Source of the DNA: Octopus vulgaris
Lineage: Eukaryota
NCBI GenBank assembly: GCA_951406725.2
Contig: OX597814.1
Location: 66,836,001-66,900,000 of the forward strand
Direction: 5' to 3'
DNA: 64,000 nucleotides
Shown here: piece by piece, positions 54,000 to 64,000 of the stretch
Numbering within the stretch: the stretch's first letter is position 1
How the letters are laid out: each line of letters opens with the position of its first letter
Notes under the pieces: generated by a model
Seen by the model: the letters and a program-made list of their open reading frames with translations, nothing else
Databases searched by the model: none
Told to the model about the DNA's origin: nothing
Position numbers and translations under genes: made by a program

Positions 54000-55210
54000 T
54001 GTTCTTAATCACCGTTAATTCTGACCTATAGAGTGCCAGTTCTCTCCTGCATCTTTTAAAACTTCTTTCATCTGCAGCCTGCTTCAATACCTTCAATCTA
54101 TAATTCTCGAAGTCATTTTTAGGTGTTGTCTGATCGTTTTGCAGAGAACGGAATACACGACATATCTTTCATGTTACTCTTCATCGTTTTCCAATTCTTT
54201 TGCATTTCCTTCATCTCCTCCGAAATTCTTCTATCCTGCTGGCTTGCAGTTTTTGCTTACTATATCCAGCTTTTAAGTTTCTGGACTGTAGTTCACATCT
54301 AGCTTTTCAAATTGACTTCTCGATAGCTTCCTGGAACTGTTTCACCTCAAAGGCCTTGATGCATTGATTCTTCATTGGACCATTTTCTCTCTGATTTCAT
54401 TGATCACGATATTTGCCCGTAGCAAGCAATGACCACTGCCTGTGTTGAATGGCGCTACTAATGAGACGGCCTGCAATATGCACTGGTTATTGACCAGGAT
54501 GTAGTGTAGCCAATTTCATTTTTGCGTTGAGCATTTGGGGCTATTCAGGTTGCTTCATGTATAGACTGTTCCCCATGTAAAGAGGTTTTGTTTTTACACC
54601 AAGCTTTTTAAATCATCAGTGAAAATCGCTCCCACACGACCACAAATGCTGGAAGTAGTGTCACCTATTCTTATCAGTGAAATCGAAAATGCTCTCAACC
54701 TGATGAAAACAGACAAAGAATCCGGGAAATATGGTATCACACCAGTGATGTTAAGATGTAGAGGTGAAGAGCTGTGGAAAATCCTCGTTATAAACTTCAA
54801 TCGCTACCTGAAAAAGGGTAAAATACCCACACTGTGGAAAGAGTCAAATACCATCCTACTTCATATGAAAGGTGATAAAAAAAATCTGTCGACCCATATG
54901 CGTCTATAAGCTGTTTACAAAAGTCGTAGCCACCATTCTATCGAAGCATCTTGACGACCAACAGTCGAAAGAGCAAGCAGGTTTCCGTAAGAACGATGGA
55001 TCATGTATTCACAGTAACACAGCTCATAGAATGAGTGATCGAATACAAGCTTCCTCTGTGTATCTCTTCTGTTGATTACGAAAATGCAGGGTGTCTAGGC
55101 ACAATACATCTAACTGCTCAAAGGTGCAAACTCTGAATGCAAATCAGATATAGCTTTGTTATCTCCACCAGTAAGGGTGTCAAGCAAGGAGATGCCATCT
55201 GTCCAGAGCT
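54000..55210. mobile_element. RTE-type LINE relic with inverted 5' part
   Basis: Minus 54550-54000 is the APE C-terminus (IAPNAQRKNEIGY, FNTGSGHCLLRA). Plus 54590-55210 is RT (WKESNTILLHMKGD, RPIC, EQAGFRK, KGVKQGDAICP). Confidence 0.7.
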
Positions 55211-55545
55211 ACTTCATCTTCTCAATGTCTTCAAAACGACTTCCTCTGAGGTCCTTCTTCAGCTTTGGAAACAACCAAAAGTCACAGGAAAAACGATCCG
55301 AAGTGTAGAGAGGGCGAAGCTCAGATTTGATGCTATCAGGCTACCAGGATGGAATTGTGAACTCATGCAGGTGTTCTGGCCTTTTGCGATGACATACCTT
55401 CTTGAACTCCCTCAAAATTTCCACAAAGTACTCTTTCTTGACCGTCTGGCCAAAGGGTATTCAGTGGATGTAGGTGATGCCCTTATTGTCATAAGCTTCT
55501 CAGTGGACTTGCTTTGTCAGAACTCTTGTACCAGCGAAAAACATA
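55210..55545 (-). mobile_element. Mariner transposase fragment
   Basis: Minus: DNKGIT...YFVEILREF, CDFWLFPKLKKDLRGSRFE. Confidence 0.7.
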
Positions 55546-56277
55546 TACAGGGATTATACAAGTTAATCTAGTATAGAGCATTTCATAAGTTTCTGAAATT
55601 TAATTGTTCAGTTTAACACATTTCTTGCATAGCGAGCTTCCAGCTTGCCTCCCCGACCGCATTCTGCAAACTAGTCAGTTATGACAGGCAGTGTTCATTA
55701 GGGTGTGCTGAAATTGCTTTTGGAGCAGTTTCCTTTAATTTGGAATAACAAAACTTAGCAGGACAACTTAATAGATATGTATTGTAATGATATACTAAAA
55801 TCACAAAAATCTAGGACAGTTATAACTATCTTTTCCCAAAAAGATCTCAGAACCTTGGAATGCACCTCCTGTGGGTGTGTGTGTGTGGTGGGGGCGTATC
55901 GCTACGTGATGTTTCTACATCTTCATTAAACTTTCTTTAATAGCTGATATTTGACAAATGAGTGAGTTTGACGTTGCTCTTCTCGTTTGCGCTTCCTGCC
56001 GTGAAGTTGGTTTATCTGGAACATTTGACAGTTTTGTTTGAAGACATCTACATCAATCCAATATTGCTCTCGGGTCCTTTGAGAAGATATTGAAGCGCTG
56101 TGTTACTCTGTATCCCAAGCTATTGCAATATCTGGTTCTGTATTTTGATGGCAAGTGTGGGATCTTTGGCACTATGCAAAATACATACATACATACAAAC
56201 ATGCATGCATATGTAAGTTTGTATTTATGCATGTATGTATGTGTATATATGTGAATGTATGAATATGTGTATGCATA

Positions 56278-56344
<67 letters not shown>

Positions 56345-56509
56345 AATATGTATATCGATATCTATATATTTATCTATATATATATATGCATGTATATATT
56401 TATCTCTCTCTCTTTCTCTCTCTCTCTCTATATATATATATATGCATGTATATATTTATCTATATATATATATGCATGTATATATTTATCTATGTATATA
56501 TATATATGC

Positions 56510-56564
<55 letters not shown>

Positions 56565-56599
56565 CATGTATATATTTATCTATATATATATATATATGC

Positions 56600-56704
<105 letters not shown>

Positions 56705-56814
56705 TATATATGAGAGAAAGAGAGAGGTTTTGGTATCCAGAAGACCCAAAATGGTAGGTAAGGCTATGAATTGCTAAGGAAAGACCGTAGCTAGGCTCCC
56801 GGTTCAATAATATT

Positions 56815-57405
56815 TATTTCTTTATTTCCCACAGGGGGCTAAAAGTTGAGGGGACAAACAAGTACAGACAAAGGAATTAAGTCGATTACATCGACCCCAG
56901 TGTGCAAGTGGTACTTATTTAATCGACCCCGAAAGGATGAAAGGTAAAATCGACCTCGGCGGAATTTGAACGTAACGGCAGCAAAATACCTATTTCTTTA
57001 CTACCAGAAAGGACGAAGCACAGAGAGGACAAACAAGGATAGACAAATGGATTAAGTCGATTACATCGACCCCAATGCGTAACTGGTACTTAATTTATCG
57101 ACCCCAAAGGATGAAAGGCAAAATCGACCTCGGCGGAATTTGAACTCAGAACGCAGCGGCGGACAAAATACCTATTTCTTTACTACACACAAGAGGCTAA
57201 ACACAGAGGCGACAAACAAGGACAGACAGACGGATTAAGTCGATTATATCAATCGTAGTGCGTAACTGGTACTTAATTTATCGACCCCGAAAGGATGAAA
57301 TGCAAAGTCGACCTCGGCGGAATTTGAACTCAGAACGTAGCGGCAGACGAAATACCGCTAAGCATTTCGCCCGGCGTGCTAACGATTCTGCCAGCTCGCC
57401 GCCTT
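56815..57405 (-). mobile_element. SINE family A with three tandem core+tail modules
   Basis: gtcgatta(c/t)atc recurs at 56881, 57056 and 57239; single head at 57345-57405. Confidence 0.9.
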
Positions 57406-57459
57406 TCAATAATATTATGAGTAAGGAGGCTAATTTAGGTCGTATGTGAGCATGTATAA

Positions 57460-57595
57460 GTTAAATAATATGAGACAACAAAGCCAAGGCAGTGTGAAAT
57501 TTCTTGGACATTATAAAGAGAAAGGTAGTTTTTCTCTTTATAAATGTCCTAGAAATCTCACACTGCCTTGGTTTTGTTGTCTCATTTTAGTTAAC
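57460..57595. repeat. ~135-bp imperfect hairpin/palindrome
   Basis: atgagacaacaaagccaaggcagtgtga...ataaagagaaa / tttctctttata...tcacactgccttggttttgttgtctcat. Confidence 0.85.
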
Positions 57596-57622
57596 ACATA
57601 CACACACACATGTGTATGTATG

Positions 57623-57671
<49 letters not shown>

Positions 57672-57674
57672 TAT

Positions 57675-58320
57675 ATGTAGAAAAATACAAACTGGGACAA
57701 GAACGTAAAACATTTAGAAGACGATACAAAAAACATGGACGGGACATTCGAAGCCTTCAATCTTCAGTCAAGAACCGGATCATCCTAGCAATTTCGGCTG
57801 ATTAATCTTGAGATCGCTCCGATCCGGCCAGCCCCAAGGAAAAACTAAGCTACGAGCATTAGATTTCTTGGAAGAAGGATCGAATGTATACGAAACAGGG
57901 ACAGAAAAACGGACGATGCCACACGAATATAAAATACAAAAAACAATAATGGTAAAAACAGGACAAAAACAGCGGGTGTCTTACGACTAATAAACAGTAC
58001 AACAAGTTTAGCTGGCGTATTTGGAAAAAATGCCTTTATCGGCAGACGAAGACAACAATGTTCTCACGGCAGTGGCCGGAGGCCAAAAGGCTGATTTTGA
58101 GCCAACAGAGTGTAGCAGTCCTATAAAGGACGATGTTACTGTTGTTTTAACCCCAGGGAAACATATTTTTCAGCTGGCTATCGACACAGTTTGTGACCAG
58201 GAACCTAGGTTTGTGAGTATCACGTAAGGCTAGAAATAGGAGCGACGTCATCCCTTGCAAATGCTATACGGACACATATCCGTTAACGGTTATTTTCAAT
58301 ACTTTTCTCGCTGTTTGGTG
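57675..58320 (-). mobile_element. Family D element ending at (TA)n
   Basis: 57680-58030 aligns with 60580-60965; non-coding. Confidence 0.8.
57747..57833 (-). ncRNA. Candidate permuted/pseudoknotted hammerhead (intact copy)
   Basis: ggctg-gccggatc-gg-agcgaTC-tcaaga-ttaat-cagcc-GAAA-ttgct-aggat-gatccggt-tcttga-CTGAAGA-hairpin; all four helices pair fully. Confidence 0.7.
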
Positions 58321-58324
58321 CGTT

Positions 58325-58611
58325 CGTTTCTTTTTTGCATCTGTTATTTCATTATTGATTTTCTATATCACTGAAGATATATCCTTTAATTTGCCGCTTT
58401 TTTTTTACACGAAATGAGAAAATACTATGTGGAACCGTTATTTTAACGAATTATATCTATTTATCATTCGAAAACACATATCTGCATCGTCGGATGACCC
58501 TAAACCTGTTGTTAAGTATCCTACTCGTGAGGGATCGATGCTAGATGTGACGAAACAATTGCAGTGATTAATTATATTCTCGTATCTTCCATTTTTCGTC
58601 TTTCACTTACC

Positions 58612-58615
<4 letters not shown>
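58325..58615 (+). mobile_element. TA-adjacent element with split hammerhead-like motif (about 175-nt stem II region)
   Basis: atca-CTGAAGA at 58367-58377; GAAA-caattg-cagtgat at 58552-58568; internal hairpin cacatatctgcatcg / cgatgctagatgtg. Confidence 0.45.
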
Positions 58616-58660
<45 letters not shown>

Positions 58661-58666
<6 letters not shown>

Positions 58667-59918
58667 GGCTTAGTAAAATAAATTACTTTGCCGCATACTG
58701 AACTCATTAGAAATAGCAGCCAAAAAAACTTTTTTAAAACTATTTCCAATACTTAAAGAAAATCTCTCTCATATAGTGCTTGTTCAATTCAACTCACGAA
58801 AGTATGAGGGTAGAAACATTAAAAAATCAAATGCAAAGGTTATTTGAGAACGTACGTTTCAAGATTAGTCAAACTCGACACTTCTATCATCAGCTCAGAA
58901 CTCCCTGGTTTGGATTTGAAAACACTGAAAGCAGGAGTATACCTATTCGGCTTCCCATCGCCTCCGAAGATCCACTCGCAACTAACAGTGCCAGCAAATT
59001 CAAATATGCAAGCGAAGAATTTCTGCTCTCCCCCTTCCACCAGCGTGGGTTAAAATCAACAAACAACATGCTTTTTTCGGTAAAATCCGAGGCATTAAAT
59101 AGAGAAAGATGAATTATAATTTCAACAATTGAGGGTAAAATTAATTAATTAATCAATTTCACCAAGTGTTCAGTATGCAAAGGGACCATTTAAGGCGAAT
59201 TCAAATTATTACATTATATAAAAGGGCTTAGTAAAATAAATTACTTTGCCGCATACTGAACTCATTAGAAATAGCAGCCAAAAAAACTTTTTTAAAACTA
59301 TTTCCAATACTTAAAGAAAATCTCTCTCATATAGTGCTTGTTCAATTCAACTCACGAAAGTATGAGGGTAGAAACATTAAAAATCAAATGCAAAGGTTAT
59401 TTGAGAACGTACGTTTCAAGATTAGTCAAACTCGACACTTCTATCATCAGCTCAGAACTCCCTGGTTTGGATTTGAATTTGCTGGCACTGTTAGTTGCGA
59501 GTGGATCTTCGGAGGCGATGGGAAGCCGAATAGGTATACTCCTGCTTTCAGTGTTTTCAAATCCAAACCAGGGAGTTCTGAGCTGATGATAGAAGTGTCG
59601 AGTTTGACTAATCTTGAAACGTACGTTCTCAAATAACCTTTGCATTTGATTTTTTAATGTTTCTACCCTCATACTTTCGTGAGTTGAATTGAACAAGCAC
59701 TATATGAGAGAGATTTTCTTTAAGTATTGGAAATAGTTTTAAAAAGTTTTTTTGGCTGCTATTTCTAATGAGTTCAGTATGCGGCAAAGTAATTTATTTT
59801 ACTAAGCCCTTTTATATAATGTAATAATTTGAATTCGCCTTAAATGGTCCCTTTGCATACTGAACACTTGGTGAAATTGATTAATTAATTAATTTTACCC
59901 TCAATTGTTGAAATTATA
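58661..59918. mobile_element. Retrozyme-like element: 558-bp unit, ~1.5 direct copies plus an inverted copy, in (TA)n
   Basis: aaaagggcttagtaaaata at 58662 and 59220; inversion from about 59471; three HHR copies. Confidence 0.88.
59579..59631 (+). ncRNA. Type I hammerhead with canonical core; identical copies at 58845-58897 (-) and 59402-59454 (-)
   Basis: tgag-CTGATGA-tagaagtgtcgagtttgactaatctt-GAAA-cgtacg-TT-ctca; palindrome AACGTACGTT; irregular stem II. Confidence 0.75.
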
Positions 59919-60019
59919 TATATATATATATATATAAGCAATTGGATGCGCGCACATGTGTGTGTGTGCGCGCGCGCGAATGGTGTGTGTGTGTGTGTAT
60001 GAGCGTGTGTGTGTAATAA

Positions 60020-60480
60020 ATAATTTGGACAAAAAGGTATAATTCAGTTATTGTGTGTTTAAATGTTGAGTAGAGCATCGGCACAGTTTAGGTTACCTGT
60101 TGTCAACCGCAGTTGTGGTACACCTCTGTTGGATCTACTTCAGGTACTCTGCAGTGACAGTTAAGGTAATAATATTAATTAATAGTAGGAGATGGATTTC
60201 GTTTTAGACTTTTATTAGGGACAACATATGTTTTGACAAATCAGTCTGGGTCTATCCAAGTACATTAATAAATTAAAAAAAGTCTCCTTAGAGATTATTA
60301 GTCTCAGCTGGCTTTTAGTTGTAAGCCCACCAAGTTAAGGAATGAATAGAAGCAAATAATATTGTAGAAACGCAAAAAATTCAAGTAGGAATTCAAATCT
60401 TGCCTTCCAGTTTAGATAAAATGACCTAATCAGCTTTCGTTGTCATAACTGCTTAGAGAAAAAAGGAAGTAGAAGGAGAA
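60020..60480 (-). mobile_element. Non-coding element with decayed hammerhead at 60219-60263
   Basis: 60178-60263 is homologous to 61914-61996. Confidence 0.5.
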
Positions 60481-60548
60481 AGGAAGATTAATACTTAGAC
60501 AAGTAGTTTCATGTTCGTGCCTATACATACAGACAGAGGGACAGACAC

Positions 60549-60579
<31 letters not shown>

Positions 60580-60586
<7 letters not shown>

Positions 60587-61310
60587 CAAAATGGGACAAG
60601 AACGCAAAACACCCGGACAGTTAGGTGATACAAAGATAGGACAACAAAACAACCAGATAGATGATACAAAGAAAACAAAGACGGGTCATTCGAAGTTTTC
60701 TTTTCTCAGTCAAGTACCAGATTATCTTCGTAATTTCGGCTGATTATACTTGAGATTACTCCAATCCGGCCAGCCCCAAGGAAAAACTAAGCTAAGAGCA
60801 TTAGATTTCTTGGAAGAAAGCAGCGACTGTATACAAAAACAAGGGCGGAAAAAACGGAAAATATTAAAGAAATACAATAAAAATAATAACAGGACATAAC
60901 AATAGGTGTCTTTCGACTAAGGATGAATTAAATTAAGCTAGCGTGTGTGGAAATGAAGCCTTACGGCAGGGATACGAGTTTTCACAAACACAGGGAGGAA
61001 TATCGATGCTGCACGGACAGCGGCCGACCAAGAAAGAAAGAACAGGCTTGGCCGAAAGCCGGTCACATGGGAAGAGGAGAGAGAGAAGTAGAAGCGGAGG
61101 GACAGAAGAATTAAGGAGGGACAAGAAAAAATGACAAGGCACAGTGAAGGGGCTGATAGACGGAAATAGAGTCGCAACAAACTTGCTTGCTGTTAAATTA
61201 TCATTTGTAAGTTTGCGGTATGCATTACGTCTCTTACCTTCGTTTATACATGTGAAATCTGTGATGAGCCTAAATGACGCTGATGACCTGGAGTCGCCTC
61301 TGGTATACAT
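60580..61310 (-). mobile_element. Family D element, second subfamily
   Basis: Aligns with 57675-58030 and 49790-49995; abuts (TA)n. Confidence 0.8.
60689..60775 (-). ncRNA. Candidate permuted hammerhead, covarying copy (G8A in core)
   Basis: ggctg-g-ccggatt-gga-gtaaTC-tcaagta-taat-cagcc-GAAA-ttac-gaagat-aatctgg-tacttga-CTGAGAA. Confidence 0.65.
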
Positions 61311-61571
61311 AATACATATATACATACATACATATATACATACATACATACATACATATATATACATATATATATATACACATGCACATACATAGATGTA
61401 TACATACATATATATACATACATATACACACACATACATAAAGATGCGTGTAGATACGCACATGTATCTACACACACATATACATATATATATATATTTA
61501 TATATGTATCCATTCACATACACATACACATGCGTATATACATATATACACACATGCATGCATATATAGAT

Positions 61572-61646
<75 letters not shown>

Positions 61647-61654
61647 CACACATC

Positions 61655-62000
61655 TAGATTGTAAAGTTACGTTTCTAAATGTTATTCGGATCTTCTTTTA
61701 GTATATAAAGTTTTAACACAGGAAATCCGAGTTGTAGGTGTTAGGTTTGCATTAGTTAGGTGTGGTTTAGATCGTTGTATGTGAATGTGCTTAGCTGTAT
61801 GCAGAAACTTGGGTAATTACTCCTTTGTTAACTATATTGAGAGTGGCTCTTCGGAACATAGCTGGCATTTCCGAGATAATGTATTATAGGGACTCGTATG
61901 TCTGATTATCAATATACCTGAAGAGACCTTGACTGATGGGTTGAAACAAATGTACCTAATAAAAGTCTAATATGAAATCCATCTCCTACTATTAATACTA
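61655..62000 (+). mobile_element. Microsatellite-flanked element with hammerhead remnant at 61914-61955
   Basis: atac-CTGAAGA-gacc-ttgactgatg-ggtt-GAAA-caaat-gtac. Confidence 0.55.
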
Positions 62001-62042
62001 TATGTGTGTGTGTTTTTATGTGTATATGTATATATATATGTA

Positions 62043-62159
<117 letters not shown>

Positions 62160-63079
62160 ATGCATGTATATATACATGTAGATTATATATTTGTGTGTAC
62201 ATATATGTATATACGCTTAGGTATAAAGGGTATCAGAAGTGGAATATCAATAGTAGTAATAAACAGGAACACAAAATAATTCTAGCCTGTGCCCATAAAT
62301 TTCCTCAGAAAAAAAAACTTTTACAATTCTTCACTGTCCTCTAAAGAAAATGATTTTCATTAGAATAATAATGAAAGACTGTTTTCTTTATCACAAGGAT
62401 CGCCGGTTTTGGGTACTGACATATTTTTTTACCACCTTTCTCTCTCTCGCTCTCTCTCTTTCTCTTTTGTCTTCATATTATCGAAATTCTGGATGTCGAT
62501 ATTTTTTAACGCTTAAACCATCACACATATATTTTTAAAAGGCAATTTTTATATCCAACATAACGTAGATGCTTTGTTAGAACGCCGAACAATGCAGTAA
62601 CCAACTTGAGAGAGCCTCTCATATGGACTCTTGCTGCATAAAAGCATACATATTTATATTGTTGGCAGACGTGTATCGTCTGCCATGGGCGCCAGAACTA
62701 ACAGGTCATGTGATTTCGACGTACTGCATCTCTTCAGTTACAGCTATCCGCTGGCCGCATACCAGACAAATCCCACAGTCAACGATATATAGAATAGCTG
62801 TAACTCTTCAGGCGCTGATGTCGCAAATAGCCACCAGGTTTATTAAAAGATAATGGCAGTTCCAGTGCCAATAGCAGACGATTCATGTCCGCCACCGATA
62901 TAAATATGTGTGCTTTTATGCACCAAGCATCCATATGAGAGGTCCTCTGAAAGGGAATGGCACAATATTTGGTATTCTAACAAAGTATCCACTTTAAGTT
63001 GAACATAAAGATTGCCTTTTGCTATTAATACGGCTTCTGTCACAAAAAAATTATATATATATATGTATACACACACACA

Positions 63080-63143
<64 letters not shown>

Positions 63144-63424
63144 TATATAATTTCAATGGAGGTAATACCAGCGGAAAACTAGAGAACATGACCAATAGAA
63201 TATTCAATATATATGTAGACTTTCATTGAACATTAATAAATCAATATAAAGTTCCGGATAATACAGTAGTAAAACATACAAGTATATGAACATGTAATTT
63301 TTAATATTTAAAAATACGCAAATATTTAAAAATACGCAAATATTTAAAAATATATTTTTAAATATTTAAAAAATACGTTGGCATTATAAATGTATAAATA
63401 CATAATTAGATATCTATTTGTATA

Positions 63425-63686
63425 TCTATTTATGCGGCGAGTCCTTTCTTGTTACCACTTTTGCTTTGCAAGGACTGTTTCAACGAAGTTGCGTCTTGTC
63501 CTTACCTTAGAAAAGGCGGAGTAGATGAAACAGGGACAACTGAAGAAGGGGAATATTCCTTGTATTGTATGTTTTGTTTCTCTGTGTTTTTTTTTTTCGT
63601 TGTTCGAAAAATGTTCTTTTCTATGTTTTTGTTTTTATGTTTTCGTTTCTCATTGTGTTCAACTTTTTTGATGTCCTGTACCCATA
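63425..63686 (+). mobile_element. Family J non-coding element in TA-rich context
   Basis: Structured segment followed by a T-rich tail ending gtcctgtacccatata, reminiscent of the family D tail ttcttgtcccat. Confidence 0.55.
63469..63561 (+). ncRNA. Candidate permuted hammerhead, unrelated sequence family
   Basis: aagg-a-ctgtttca-acgaagtt-gcgTC-ttgtcc-tta-cctta-GAAA-aggcggagtaga-tgaaacag-ggacaa-CTGAAGA-aggggaatattcct. P (8 bp) and I (6 bp) are perfect; III is damaged. Confidence 0.55.
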
Positions 63687-63790
63687 TATGCAGGTATATA
63701 TACATATATATGTATGTACATATGCATATATTTATATATTATTTAAATTATTATATGATCGAACGCCACTCATCTTTTTCCAAGTAAGTT

Positions 63791-63830
<40 letters not shown>

Positions 63831-64000
63831 ATGTATGTATATATATATATATATATATATACAAATTGCCCTGTAATGTGACGGAGACTTGTCCCCGACA
63901 GCTGGTTATGCTGTTTTGTATGTGTTCTATTCTATACACTTCCTAAAACCATCTCACGGGTGTAGTAGCAGAGGGGAAACTGTACACAGAACATCATAAT

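Noticed and set aside
58780-59696. Repeated 100-110 aa ORFs
   Set aside because: They arise from the direct and inverted repeat; no ATG start and no domain.

Overview
AT-rich, microsatellite-saturated animal DNA. The SINE families and (TA)n/(CA)n/(TACA)n density suggest an octopus-like cephalopod, which is an inference. No host protein-coding exon could be supported, and most ORFs in the track are microsatellite translations. The window holds decayed mobile DNA: two Penelope-like retroelements (RT + GIY-YIG, Neptune-like Cys linker), three or more mariner/Tc1/DD41D transposons, a Helitron 3' half, R4/Dong, RTE and L1/Tx1 relics, hAT MITEs and tRNA-derived SINEs. The main hidden signal is about ten unrelated short non-coding elements in or beside (TA)n/(AAT)n tracts that carry hammerhead-ribozyme (HHR) motifs. 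These include retrozyme-like tandems (295 and 558 bp), a tRNA-headed SINE with an HHR, and core variants (U3-A8, G3-C8, U6). Two unrelated families share a scrambled, pseudoknotted HHR order (II-P-III'/UH/I-II'/GAAA/III-P'-I'/CUGANGA) that is none of types I-III and is supported by compensatory changes. All folds were read by eye and none has been tested. Boundaries of decayed elements are approximate.
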